Assembly: GCA_963781585.1 (NCBI GenBank)
Contig: CAWAGQ010000002.1
Location: 128,001-192,000 of the forward strand
DNA: 64,000 nt
Reading direction: 5' to 3'
From: an uncultured Gemmatimonadaceae bacterium
GTDB lineage: Bacteria > Gemmatimonadota > Gemmatimonadetes > Gemmatimonadales > Gemmatimonadaceae
The notes beneath the pieces are model-generated. The model was given only the letters and a program-made list of their open reading frames with translations. It was not told the origin of the DNA and made no database searches. This document shows positions 23,209-33,251 of this stretch, piece by piece. Every line of letters begins with the position of its first letter. Positions within the stretch are counted from its first letter, which is position 1. The position numbers and the translations under genes were made by a program.

Positions 23209-24032
23209 CTAGCGCTTCCGGATGTCGACGCTTCCGTTCACCGTGTGAAGCTGCAGCGTGCGTCCCCCTTTGCCGATGGTCGCGCGGATGTGCCGCGGAT
23301 TGATCCGGCCATTGAGGGTCAGCGGGAAATCGGATCCGATCGACCCGTTCACCGTGGTGAGGTCGACGTCGGCGTCCACGCCGTCAGGCACGTACAGGGT
23401 GATCGACCCGTTCACGGTGCTGAAACGCTGGTCCCGGTCTCCGAGCGTGCCCATGCGCACCTCGACGTCGCCATTCACCGTCCCCGCGGTGACCGGGCCG
23501 CCTGACGACGTGGCCGTTACACGGCCGTTCACGGTGTGCGCGTCGACGTCCGAGGTCGCGCCGTCGATATCCAGCGCGCCATTGACCGAGCTCACGACGA
23601 GCTTCACCCCTTCCGGCAGGTGGACGGTGAACTCGACCGACACCTCGTCGTCACGGTGCGCCTGTTGTTTCCGTGCACGTCGTACCCGTCCTCGTCGCAG
23701 CTCGTATTGTCGTACCAGATCGCGCAGACGATGACGTCGCCGGCGGAACCCACCTGGCGCTCTTCGATCCGCACGTCAGGCGAATTGCTGTGGCGCCGCG
23801 TGTCGGATGACTGGCGCGAGTTGCCGCCGACCCACTTCACTCCTGTCACTTCGGCGCGGTCTCCCGATGCGCGGTCCACCTGGATCGGGCCATTGAGGTT
23901 GCGCACGTAGAGCCGCTGTCCCGCCGGGATGACGCCGGTCCAGTGGAACGTGGAGTCGGTGGCGCGTTCCTGAGCGCCGAGGATCGGTGCCGCCGCGATG
24001 AGCGCGGCGAGGATGACGGAAGAGGATTTCAC
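23209..24032 (-). CDS. DUF4097 (adhesin-like beta-repeat) exported protein (frameshift at about 23660)
   Basis: Signal peptide and repeated 'TVNG' motifs. GTG start preceded by a GGAG RBS. Confidence 0.8.
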
Positions 24033-24045
24033 GGTAGTCTCCTGG

Positions 24046-25113
24046 TCAGCGCTGGCTGTCGCGGTGGAGCACGATGTCGCCGCTGAAGGTCTCGGCGACG
24101 ACGCGGGCATCACCGCCCGAGCCGAGGGTGAACTCGAGGCGCTGTCCGCGTTGCCGGTTTCCGGATGGCTGGAGGGTGATGGGGAAGCCGCCCGAGTCGA
24201 GGTCGCCGTTGAACGTGGCGACGCTGAACCGGGCGTTCACATTCGCCGGGATGTAGAGCGAGATGTCGCCGGAGTGCGAGTGAAAATCGTACTGGCCGCC
24301 GGACTCGATCGTCCCGTGGTATTCGACCTCGCCGCTGACGGTGGAGGCCGACGCGCTCCTGGTGCGTACGTTCCGGAACACCAGGTCGCCGCTGGTGGAG
24401 CCGAGCTGGATCGATCGTCCGTCCACGTCCTCGAGCCGGATCGTGCCGTTCACGGATCCGCCCTCGATGTCGCCGCTGAGGCGCGAGGCGTGGATGTCTC
24501 CGGACAGACTGTGGAGCCCCACGCGATCGATCGCATCGGTGACCTCGACCTCGCCGTTGATGGTGTTGGCGTCCACCGGGCCGTGGATGTCGGTCGCCGT
24601 GAGATCACCGGAGGTACTGCGAAGGACGACCCGCACGCCCTGCGGCACCGACAGCTCGTAGCGGGTGTCGCCGGTGCGGCCGCGAACGCTTTCGGTTTCG
24701 ATGGTGACGCGCGACGACGTGAGGCGCCAGCGAAGGCGTCCGCGCTCGGTCCGGGCGTTCACGCGCACCTGGTCGCGATTCCATCCGGTGACGACGATGT
24801 CGCCGGACACGCTGGTCAGGTCGATCACGCCGGTCCGGGAGAAGGCGAACGTGGTGTCGATCCGCTGGCCCCCGTCCTGGAGGTCGTGGTCGTGGAGGCG
24901 GTACGGCAGGTCGTGGTCGCCCACGCGATACGGCAGGTCGCGGAGCGCCAGGGCCACCGAGCGCATGGCCTGTTCCACGCTGCGCTCCACCGCGCGGCTG
25001 ATCCGCTCCGCCAGGCGGTCCAGGTTGCGCTCGGCGCCGGACTGGGCGGGCAGTGCGGGCGCGGTGGCGAGCGCGATCGCGGTGAGGGCGAGCAGAGCTC
25101 TGGTTCTGTTCAT
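24046..25113 (-). CDS. DUF4097 family beta-strand repeat exported protein
   Basis: Signal peptide and repeated 'SxSGDI/L' motifs. Confidence 0.85.
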   Translation of the reverse strand: MNRTRALLALTAIALATAPALPAQSGAERNLDRLAERISRAVERSVEQAMRSVALALRDLPYRVGDHDLPYRLHDHDLQDGGQRIDTTFAFSRTGVIDLTSVSGDIVVTGWNRDQVRVNARTERGRLRWRLTSSRVTIETESVRGRTGDTRYELSVPQGVRVVLRSTSGDLTATDIHGPVDANTINGEVEVTDAIDRVGLHSLSGDIHASRLSGDIEGGSVNGTIRLEDVDGRSIQLGSTSGDLVFRNVRTRSASASTVSGEVEYHGTIESGGQYDFHSHSGDISLYIPANVNARFSVATFNGDLDSGGFPITLQPSGNRQRGQRLEFTLGSGGDARVVAETFSGDIVLHRDSQR

Positions 25114-25126
25114 TGTCGGGAATTCG

Positions 25127-25924
25127 TCAGGCGCGCGGCGGCAGCAGGGCCACCGTGCGCAGGAGCCCGAGTTTCTTCTCGAGCACCTTGTTGAGTTGAT
25201 CGGTCAGGAACGCGCTGGCCGGATCACCGGCCAGCGCAGCGCGGGCGTCGTTGATCGCCCGGTCGATCGTCGCCAGGCTGTTCTCGACCACCGCGACCGT
25301 GCCCGGATCGAGATCCTGGCGTCGCACGTCGAGGATGCCGCGGAGCTGGCCGATGGCCTGATCATAAGTGACCGTGGCCGGGACCGGCGTGCGAGTGGCC
25401 GCGGGGATCATCGTGCCGCGCGCGCCCGCGCCGGACGGGGCGATGTCGGGCGAGAGGGGCGCGACGCCGGATCCGGCGGCCGCCAGCGGGCTGCCCACTG
25501 TGGTGTCACCGCCGGGGGCTCCGCGGCCAGCCGATGCGACGGGCGACTCCGGCGTGAGTCCTGAAGTTCGCGTCGCCATCAGATACGTCAGCGTCGCGGT
25601 GGCGGCGATGAGGGCCGCGGCGGCTACGCCCAGCCCAACCGAACGTGACACGCGGAACCGCGGACGCGTGCGCGGTTCGAGCACCATCACCGGCGCCGCG
25701 ATTCGTCCCGCGATGCCCTCCCACAAGTCGCGGGATGGCTCCAGCGCGGAAAGCGCGCCGGCGTCGCGCCGGATGCCCTGGAGATCGCGCACCAGCCCAG
25801 CGCACCGCAGGCACGCGCCGAGATGCGCGTCCACGGATGCACGTGCCGGCGCGTCCAGTTCGTCTTCGAGATAGCGCGCGAGCACGCTGTCGAGCTGCGC
25901 GCAGGTCATCGCGTTGTTGGTCAT
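25127..25924 (-). CDS. Zinc-finger (zf-HC2) anti-sigma factor
   Basis: 'HLGACLRC' HxxxCxxC, one TM helix, ATGA overlap with the ECF gene. Confidence 0.88.
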   Translation of the reverse strand: MTNNAMTCAQLDSVLARYLEDELDAPARASVDAHLGACLRCAGLVRDLQGIRRDAGALSALEPSRDLWEGIAGRIAAPVMVLEPRTRPRFRVSRSVGLGVAAAALIAATATLTYLMATRTSGLTPESPVASAGRGAPGGDTTVGSPLAAAGSGVAPLSPDIAPSGAGARGTMIPAATRTPVPATVTYDQAIGQLRGILDVRRQDLDPGTVAVVENSLATIDRAINDARAALAGDPASAFLTDQLNKVLEKKLGLLRTVALLPPRA

Positions 25925-26490
25925 CGATCGAGTGCCTCCCTCAAGAGAAGCCGGGCACGATGCAGCTGCGCCTTGCTTCCGCCCGCGGTGATGCCGAGCA
26001 TCTCCGCGATTTCTTCATGCTTGTAGCCTTCCACGTCGTGCAGAACGAAGATGCGGCGCGCCCCCGGGGGCAGCAGCGCGATCGCCGCCTCGAGATCCAC
26101 TGCATCGCCCGGTGAGACCGGGGGCGACGCGATGGGAAATTCATTCTCGTCGTCCGAATCACCGGTGCCGAACCGGAGCCGCTGCCGTCCCTCCGCCTTC
26201 CTCGCGTTGAGCACCACGTTCACCGCCAGTCGGTGCAGCCAGGTCCCGAACGCGCTGTCGCCGCGAAACTGCTCCAGCTTCTGCCACGCCCGCACGAAGA
26301 CATCCTGCGTCAGCTCTTCGGCGAGCGCCCGGTCACCACTCATTCTGACGCAGAGCGAAAAGACCCGAGTCACGTTGCCGCGATACAGCCGCTCGAACGC
26401 CCGCCGGTCGCCGGCCGCAGCCAGCGCGACGTCGGACGCGTTGCGGTCGTCCTGGAGAAGATCGTTGTCGATTCTGATCGGCACCGTCAT
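25921..26490 (-). CDS. ECF sigma factor
   Basis: 'GDRRAFERLY', 'AEELTQDVFVRAW', 'FGTWLHRLAVN', 'LPPGARRIFVLHDVEGYKHEEIAEMLG'. Confidence 0.95.
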   Translation of the reverse strand: MTVPIRIDNDLLQDDRNASDVALAAAGDRRAFERLYRGNVTRVFSLCVRMSGDRALAEELTQDVFVRAWQKLEQFRGDSAFGTWLHRLAVNVVLNARKAEGRQRLRFGTGDSDDENEFPIASPPVSPGDAVDLEAAIALLPPGARRIFVLHDVEGYKHEEIAEMLGITAGGSKAQLHRARLLLREALDR

Positions 26491-26565
26491 GCGTTGGTCG
26501 GCCTTCAACGCTCGTGGAGTCAGATGGTTGGGCCGGCCAAAAGGTTTGAAGAGTGCGGTTCGGTT

Positions 26566-27237
26566 CTACGGCGCGCGCCAACGGAGCCGGCGCACCAGAC
26601 GCGGGAGTTCCGTCGCCGCGTCGAGCGCGTAGCGGGCTCCCGCGTCCTCGAGCACCTTACGGGGGAACGCGCCCCAGAGTGCCGCCACCGGCGTGACGCC
26701 GGCGGCGCGCCCCGCCGCCATGTCGTAGGGTGAATCGCCGACAAAGATGGCGTCACCGGCGGATGCGCCGAGTCGCTCCAGAGCCAGGAGGACCGGTTCG
26801 GGCTCGGGCTTGTGCCGCTCGGTGGCGTCGCAGCCGATGACCAGCGGGATGTCATCCTGCAACCCGACATGTGCGAGCGAGCGCCGCGCCAGCGGTGTCA
26901 TCTTGCTCGTCACCACCGCCATCGCGCACTGCTCGTTGGCGAGCACCCGAACCGTCTCCACGATTCCCGGATACGCGCTCGTCAGGCGGTCGTGGTGCGC
27001 GAGCTGGAACTCCCGGTAAGTGACGATGAGTTCCTCCATCTCCTCCGGGGTGGAGGCGTAGGGGCCGAACTGGTCTACCAGTGGACGCCCGATTCCGGCG
27101 GCGAATTCCGCGGTACTCGGCGCGGGGCCCGGTCGTGAGGCGAACGCGTGGCGTGCGGCGCTCAGAATGAGCTCGATGGAATCGACCAGGGTACCGTCAA
27201 GGTCGAAGAGGACGGCGAAGGGGCTGCGCTCGGGCAT
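26566..27237 (-). CDS. HAD family hydrolase (PpaX/Gph-like)
   Basis: 'LFDLDGTLVDS', 'VTSK', 'HKPEPEP', 'FVGDSPYD'. Confidence 0.92.
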   Translation of the reverse strand: MPERSPFAVLFDLDGTLVDSIELILSAARHAFASRPGPAPSTAEFAAGIGRPLVDQFGPYASTPEEMEELIVTYREFQLAHHDRLTSAYPGIVETVRVLANEQCAMAVVTSKMTPLARRSLAHVGLQDDIPLVIGCDATERHKPEPEPVLLALERLGASAGDAIFVGDSPYDMAAGRAAGVTPVAALWGAFPRKVLEDAGARYALDAATELPRLVRRLRWRAP

Positions 27238-27255
27238 GAGGGGGGCGAAGGGCAT

Positions 27256-27285
27256 GGGCCATAGGCCGTAGGCCACAGGCCATAA
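27256..27285. repeat. Short heptamer array (GGCCNNA x4)
   Basis: ggccata ggccgta ggccaca ggccata. Confidence 0.75.
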
Positions 27286-27387
27286 CGTACAACCCGTGTC
27301 CTGCCTCGGGTGGCGCGGAACCGGCCAGCCTGCCAGATCCTCCTTGCCCGGCTCGACTGCCGCCATGTCCTGGCCCGCCGACTCCCG

Positions 27388-29781
27388 TCACGTTCGAACG
27401 AGGCAGACCAACGCAATCCCCGACCCGACCCTGTTCCCGCCCGATGTCGGCGTGCGTTCGCGCACGATGGGGTCGATCAGCGTAATGAACTCCTGGAGCG
27501 CCGCCTCTGCGCTGTCCGTGCCGGGCACGGTCGCGGCGCCGTTGGCCCACTCGCCGAGCATGCGCTCCGCCCCCGCGCCTCGGACGGCAACCACCAGATC
27601 CCGGCATCGCGCCGCCAATTCGGTCAAGCGCGCCCGCCGGTGCCGCGGCGCCTGCGCGCGCAACTCCGCGATGCGGCGCAGCGCGCGCAGGTGCTCGCGT
27701 GAGGGCGATTCCCTGACCGGCGCCGCGAGCGCGGCACCGCGCTCCTGATCCAGCCATCCGGCCAGCGCCGAGCGCGCGGCGCGTATTGCTGCCCCGGCGG
27801 CCCGAGGCACACCGCTGCGCCTCGCGGCATGCTGCACCTGGACGCGCGCAACGCCGACGCGGCGCGCGATCTCCAGCACCTCGCGTGGATGCTCGCTCAC
27901 GCCATCGGGCGATATGGCGAGGAGCCGAACGCGCGACCCGACACGCGCCAGCGCGAGGGCCTGCCAGGGCCGGTCGATCCAGTCGGCGGCGATCGCGGCA
28001 GCCTGTGCCTGCCAGTGGCCCGAAAGGGGCACGATCACGTGACACGGATTCGCTGGCCGAGTGGTGCCGATGGATGCGCCAGGCACGACGGCGGCTCCGT
28101 GGCAGGAAATCTCGAGCGCGCGCCCCGGCGCACGACGCCACGTGGCCAGCACCGAACGAAGCGCCTCGCTCCAGCCCGTCAGATCGCTCTGCGGTGGACG
28201 GCTCGTCCGACCGAGGCGTTGGCCGAAAAGCGGTTCCTGTGACGCCACCTCGCTGGCGCCGAGCAGAGATCCGATGACTCTCGCCTTTCGCTGCAGGGCG
28301 CGGATCACGGAGACGAGGGCGCGCGCCTGCACAGGCGGTCCGATCGCATACACGTGCACGAGCTCGTGCGCCGCGCCAAGCCGTCTGACGCGTCCCAGTC
28401 GCTGCTCGAGTCGCGCCATGGTCCACGGCATGTCGAGGTGCACCAGCACCGCGGCGCCGTGGAGGTTCAGCCCCTCGCTGAGCACGTCGGTGGAGATGAG
28501 GAGCGTGAGCGGTAATCTCCCGTTCGCACGCTCCGTGGCACCGCCGAATTGCCGGACGATCTCGGCGCGCGGAACGGCTCCCGATGCGATGCGTGCTCCG
28601 CGCGCCGTGACCAGTGCCACGGCACCAACACGCTCCATGGACCGGTACATCGCCCGTGCCGTCTCGGCGAATTGCGAAAAGGCGACAATACGCTCGCCCG
28701 GATGTCGCGCCCGCAGGCGGCGAAGGTGGGCGACGCGCGCCGCGTCGCCATCGACCGATGCATTCAGTACGCGGAGCGTCTCGCGGATCCCGTGCACGTG
28801 GGCGTCGATCGCGGCACGCACCGCGGCGGCATCGGCCACGGCTTGCTCGCGCGCCACCAGTTCCGGGAAGGCCAGCTGCATGGCATCATCGAACAGCGTC
28901 CAGGCGGTGAGTTCGCGACGGGTGGGGAATCGGCCCGCGTCGAGCGCCTGGCTCAGGGCCGCGGCTCGGTGGAGGCGCCGGCGCAGCGAAGCGCGAAGCG
29001 CCGCATCGGATGAGGTCCACGTGCGGATGAGGCCGAGGCGGATCAGCGCGGCGGCGGCACCGCTGTCGGCCGGCGGCACCGGCGGCGCGAGCTGCTGGAG
29101 CGCGCGCAACACCACGGGGGCAGCCGGGATGGGCAACCACCGCGGTCGCGACACCCGCGGCAGCGTCGCGCCACTGGTGAGCGCGCCGTGTCCGCGGCGG
29201 ACGATCAGCCGGGACAGCTGTGCCTCGCCTAACGTATGAGCGCGTGCGCCAAGGAAGAGCGCCAGCTGCCCGCGCAACTCGGCCGCACGGTTGTGGATCG
29301 GCGTCGCCGACAGGAGCAGCACACGGGCCCGCACGGCGAATCTCGCCAGCGCGTCATAGCGTTGTGTACGCGAATTCCGCACGTGATGGGCTTCGTCGAC
29401 GATGATGATCGCGTCGCGTGGTGCCGGCTCCGGGCGCTTCCGGCTCAGCGACTCGAAGGACAGGAAACGCCCCGCCAGCCCGCTGACGCCCAGGGCGTCG
29501 GCCCAGAGGCCGCGGAGCGATGCCGGGCCCACGACGAAGAACGCGTCGAACTCCCGGGCGACGGCGAGGGCGGTGTACGTCTTGCCCATCCCGACCTCGT
29601 CGGCCAGCATCGCGCCGCCGAAGTCGGCGATGATCTCGCGCAGCCTGGCGACGGCGTCGGTCTGGTGCGGGGCCAGCGTGATCGCGCCGAGCGAGGGCCG
29701 CGCGCGGGCATCGCCGAGCCAGGCGCGCGCCATGTGATCGAGCAGGGCGTCGGGATCGCACGACTTCAGCGCGTCATCCAT
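27388..29781 (-). CDS. SNF2/SF2 helicase
   Basis: 'LAPHQ', Walker A 'MLADEVGMGKT', 'IVDEAHH', 'LSATPIHN', 'STDVLSEGLNL', 'DMPWTMARLEQRLGRVRR'. Start uncertain; it overlaps the MTase stop. Confidence 0.88.
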   Translation of the reverse strand: MDDALKSCDPDALLDHMARAWLGDARARPSLGAITLAPHQTDAVARLREIIADFGGAMLADEVGMGKTYTALAVAREFDAFFVVGPASLRGLWADALGVSGLAGRFLSFESLSRKRPEPAPRDAIIIVDEAHHVRNSRTQRYDALARFAVRARVLLLSATPIHNRAAELRGQLALFLGARAHTLGEAQLSRLIVRRGHGALTSGATLPRVSRPRWLPIPAAPVVLRALQQLAPPVPPADSGAAAALIRLGLIRTWTSSDAALRASLRRRLHRAAALSQALDAGRFPTRRELTAWTLFDDAMQLAFPELVAREQAVADAAAVRAAIDAHVHGIRETLRVLNASVDGDAARVAHLRRLRARHPGERIVAFSQFAETARAMYRSMERVGAVALVTARGARIASGAVPRAEIVRQFGGATERANGRLPLTLLISTDVLSEGLNLHGAAVLVHLDMPWTMARLEQRLGRVRRLGAAHELVHVYAIGPPVQARALVSVIRALQRKARVIGSLLGASEVASQEPLFGQRLGRTSRPPQSDLTGWSEALRSVLATWRRAPGRALEISCHGAAVVPGASIGTTRPANPCHVIVPLSGHWQAQAAAIAADWIDRPWQALALARVGSRVRLLAISPDGVSEHPREVLEIARRVGVARVQVQHAARRSGVPRAAGAAIRAARSALAGWLDQERGAALAAPVRESPSREHLRALRRIAELRAQAPRHRRARLTELAARCRDLVVAVRGAGAERMLGEWANGAATVPGTDSAEAALQEFITLIDPIVRERTPTSGGNRVGSGIALVCLVRT

Positions 29782-32700
29782 CCAAGGAGAGGTGCGACGG
29801 TCCCGAGTCGGAGTCGATACGTATCGAGCACCGCCTCCAGCAGCGCATTGCGGGAGGGCGGATCGCCGGAAACGCCACGCGCGCCCAGCGGCGCCAGCAG
29901 CGTGCGCGCGCGCTGCCAGTCGTCGGGAACCGGCAATCGCGCCACGGTCCAGGCGAAGAAGCGGTGATAGCCTCCGCGCGCGGGCTCGGCGATCGCGTTC
30001 AGCCAGGCCGCCGCCAGGGCCGAGTTCAACAGCGCCGCCAGCGCAAGCGCATCCTCCAGATCGCGGCAGGCGACCACGTAGCACGAGTTGATCGGCACCG
30101 TGCGATCCCCGGCAGCGAGGATGAGCGCCTGTGGGGCGCGGCCCACGTCCGCCCAGACGACTCGCGGGCGGTCGAACACGGCGCCGGCCGTTCTGAACAG
30201 CGACCACCAGGCCTTCCCATCACGCACGTCCGCGCGTTGCAGCAGCTGCCGGCGGTAGGGCAGCAGCCAGGCGCGCACCCCAGGTGGCAGGGAGCGCAGC
30301 ACGCGACCGTCCTCGCTGCACGGAAACAGGATGCTCCGGTCAGGCGTCGCGGCCGGGCGCCACGGTCGAACGTCTTCGCCGCGCAGCACTGGTCGAACCA
30401 GCTCGGCCTCCACTTCCCCGGTCCGCGTGCCGCTTCGCACCTCGGCGCGCCGACCCACGGCACCGACGCGATGAACCAGGAATGCCTCGTTGCACCCGCA
30501 CTTTACGCCAAGGGTCGGGTGGCCAATGCCGCTCTCCGTCAGCGGGACGCCGTGGTGCACCACCCGATCGAACGCCTGGCGCGCGTCAGGCGGGAGCACG
30601 AGCCAGGGTGCGCCGCGCGTGTCGTCCAGTGGGATGGAGCGCGTGGCGGCCTTCCACGAGACAGCCAGCGCACCGCGATGGACGGCCAGACGCACCTCGC
30701 GCGGGTGAGCCACCGGCCTCGGCTCCGCAACCCGCCGCGCCACGACGAGCGCCGGATACACGGCGGCATCGAAGACCGCCGGAGCCTCGCTCCAGTCCTC
30801 CAACACTTGAAGATCGTGACACTCGTGCAGCAGGCGACGCACGCCTCCTCCCGCCAGGGAGCGCCACAGTTTCGACGGGACCAGGAGCGAGATGGCGCCG
30901 TTCGGTCTGGTGAGGGAGACGCTGCGCTCCACGAACAGCGAGGCGAGATCGACCTGCGCCGCGAATCCGCGTCCGGCCCGCGCGTCGCGGGCGCCGGACT
31001 CCCAGGCCGCCTCCCGATAGACGAGGAACTCGCGCCGGAGTCGATCACGCGCATCGGGCGAAATGCGATGGAGTCGCACCCACGGCGGATTCCCGATGAC
31101 GATGTCGAACCCGCCTCGCGCCGCGACGTCGGGGAAGTGCGCGGCGAACGCGAAGGGAATCGCGCCTCCGGCGTCCACCGCGGCGAGTTGCCGGCGGATT
31201 TCGCGGACGCGCGCCCGCAGGATGGCCAGCGCGCGCCGCTCGCCGGCGAGCACCCCCCGTCGCGCACCGAAGAGGTCGCGCCCACGCGCTGCGGCGAGCA
31301 GCGATCGGCGCTCCTGGGCGATGCCCCCGAGGCGTCCTTCGAGCCAGGCACGCGTCTCGGCGCGTTCGACCCGATCAAGGGCGCGGGCCAGGGTCCGCTT
31401 GCTGCCCGCCGTGGCTCTCGCGTAGCGGGCGCGCAGGCGGGCAAGGGCGGCGCCACTGCGCGACACCCCCGATCCGACGGGTCGCGATCGCTTCGAGACC
31501 ATGGTGAAATCGCCGCCGGCCAGCGCGTCGCCGCACCGGATGTTGTGGTCGAGGTTGGGAAGGGGCGTCACGCGCAGCGGATCGGTCTCCTCGTAGTCGA
31601 TCACGACCGCCAGCCAGAGACGCAGCTCGCAGAGCCAGACCGCGATGGGATTCACGTCGACACCGAAGACGCTCTCCGTCAGAACAACCCGTCGCACGTG
31701 GTGGCGCTCACGCGCGTCGCCCGCGGCGCACCGCAGCGTCGTCAGGATCTCCAGGGCATGTACCAGCAGGGCGCCCGAGCCACACGCCGGATCGAGGATG
31801 CGAATCGTGGGCAGCACCGCGCGCAGCCTCGCGGCCACGTCGGCATCGGGTGGCTGCCCGCGCAAGGCCCGCGACAGCGCGTCGGCGCCAATGCCGCGCG
31901 CGTCGAGGCTGGCCTCCAGCGCCGCTTCGGTGATGCGTTCCACGAGCGGCTGGGGCGTGAAATACGCGCCGCTGCTCCGGCGTTCGCGTGACGCCATGAG
32001 CGATTCGAACGCCCGCCCGAGCATCTCGGGATCGATGGCCGCCTCGCTCCATTCTCCGCTCTGTTCGCGTGCCGTGAAGCGATAGCGCTGCAGGAGCTCG
32101 TCGTAGAATCGCGACCAGTCCTCGTCGCGAATGAGAACGGTGCGCGCCCGCGCTTCACCGGCCGAGCGCTGGAACAGCCCGCCATTGAGAAACGGGATGC
32201 GGCCAAAGGCACGCGCCGACGCCGCGCGCTTCGCGGGCCTGGTATTCAGGGTTCCGAAGAACAGGGGCCACAACACGCGCCGGTGGAAGCCCCCGCCGGT
32301 GCGCATGCAATCGTCGAACACGCGCGCCAGGAATCCCCGGTCGCCGGCCAACCAGCCCTTGCTCTCGAGAAACGCGAGAAACAGCAGGCGGGACACATTG
32401 AGGAGCGCGATCTCGCGGCGGTCCTCGTCGCGGGCCCGGCCCGAAGCCCCGCGCGCCATGTCGCCCACCAGATTCTCCAGCGTGGCATAGAACCGGCCCG
32501 ACAGCATTTCCCGACCCAGCAGCTCGTGCCATCGGGCATGGATACAGAGGTCGCTGCCGCCGACGGCGGCGGCCAGCGCGGCGATGGTCTCCACATCGCT
32601 GCCGAGGATCCGATCCCGGTCCACCAGCAAGGCCGCCACCTTCGGCGGCAGCCGATCGGTCGTCCAGGTGGCCACCGCCAGCTCGGCACTGGTGGAATCC

Positions 32701-32996
32701 GACAGGAACACCAGCCAGAGCAGATGCGGGGCGCGTGCGGCCAGGCGGGCAGCCAGTCTCCCCAGTTGCTGACGCAGCGTGCCGCGATCCCGCGATCGGA
32801 GCAACAGGGCACGGGTGGCGCCCGGGCCGGCGGCGAGATGGGCGTCATACAGGGCGACCGGGAAGCCGAACGCCTCGCGTAACGCGTCGTCGAGCGGCGC
32901 GTGATCGCCGAAGCCGAGGGGGCTCGCGAGGGCGGCGAGTGCGGCGATGGAGTCGGCGCCGGCGAGAAGCGGTTGCCACGAGCGGCGAGGGAGCAC
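29766..32996 (-). CDS. N6-adenine DNA methyltransferase (Eco57I/type IIG-like MTase with C-terminal TRD)
   Basis: 'IPFLNGGLF', 'IDPEMLGRAFE', 'SGAYFTP', motif I 'ILDPACGSGA', 'FGVDVN', motif IV 'DIVIGNPPW', TaqI-C-like end 'LLNS'. Confidence 0.9.
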   Translation of the reverse strand: MLPRRSWQPLLAGADSIAALAALASPLGFGDHAPLDDALREAFGFPVALYDAHLAAGPGATRALLLRSRDRGTLRQQLGRLAARLAARAPHLLWLVFLSDSTSAELAVATWTTDRLPPKVAALLVDRDRILGSDVETIAALAAAVGGSDLCIHARWHELLGREMLSGRFYATLENLVGDMARGASGRARDEDRREIALLNVSRLLFLAFLESKGWLAGDRGFLARVFDDCMRTGGGFHRRVLWPLFFGTLNTRPAKRAASARAFGRIPFLNGGLFQRSAGEARARTVLIRDEDWSRFYDELLQRYRFTAREQSGEWSEAAIDPEMLGRAFESLMASRERRSSGAYFTPQPLVERITEAALEASLDARGIGADALSRALRGQPPDADVAARLRAVLPTIRILDPACGSGALLVHALEILTTLRCAAGDARERHHVRRVVLTESVFGVDVNPIAVWLCELRLWLAVVIDYEETDPLRVTPLPNLDHNIRCGDALAGGDFTMVSKRSRPVGSGVSRSGAALARLRARYARATAGSKRTLARALDRVERAETRAWLEGRLGGIAQERRSLLAAARGRDLFGARRGVLAGERRALAILRARVREIRRQLAAVDAGGAIPFAFAAHFPDVAARGGFDIVIGNPPWVRLHRISPDARDRLRREFLVYREAAWESGARDARAGRGFAAQVDLASLFVERSVSLTRPNGAISLLVPSKLWRSLAGGGVRRLLHECHDLQVLEDWSEAPAVFDAAVYPALVVARRVAEPRPVAHPREVRLAVHRGALAVSWKAATRSIPLDDTRGAPWLVLPPDARQAFDRVVHHGVPLTESGIGHPTLGVKCGCNEAFLVHRVGAVGRRAEVRSGTRTGEVEAELVRPVLRGEDVRPWRPAATPDRSILFPCSEDGRVLRSLPPGVRAWLLPYRRQLLQRADVRDGKAWWSLFRTAGAVFDRPRVVWADVGRAPQALILAAGDRTVPINSCYVVACRDLEDALALAALLNSALAAAWLNAIAEPARGGYHRFFAWTVARLPVPDDWQRARTLLAPLGARGVSGDPPSRNALLEAVLDTYRLRLGTVAPLLGWMTR

Positions 32997-33251
32997 GCGC
33001 CACGCTACCGGGCGTGGTTTGGCGCTCCGTCATCATCCTGTTGCACGCCGCGGCAGAATCACGGCGCGCTGCGGAACCGGCTGGCCTGGCGCAACCAGGA
33101 GGAGGTGCTGGCCTCCGCTCTCTCGCCGCTGGCGGCTCCCCTCCACGCTCGCCAAACCCCGTGGCACACGTTATCGTCGAAGCGGTCTCACCCCGGACAG
33201 ACGCTCGTGACCAACCCCTCGACCGGTTCGGAATCCAGGACGACCGCGTCG

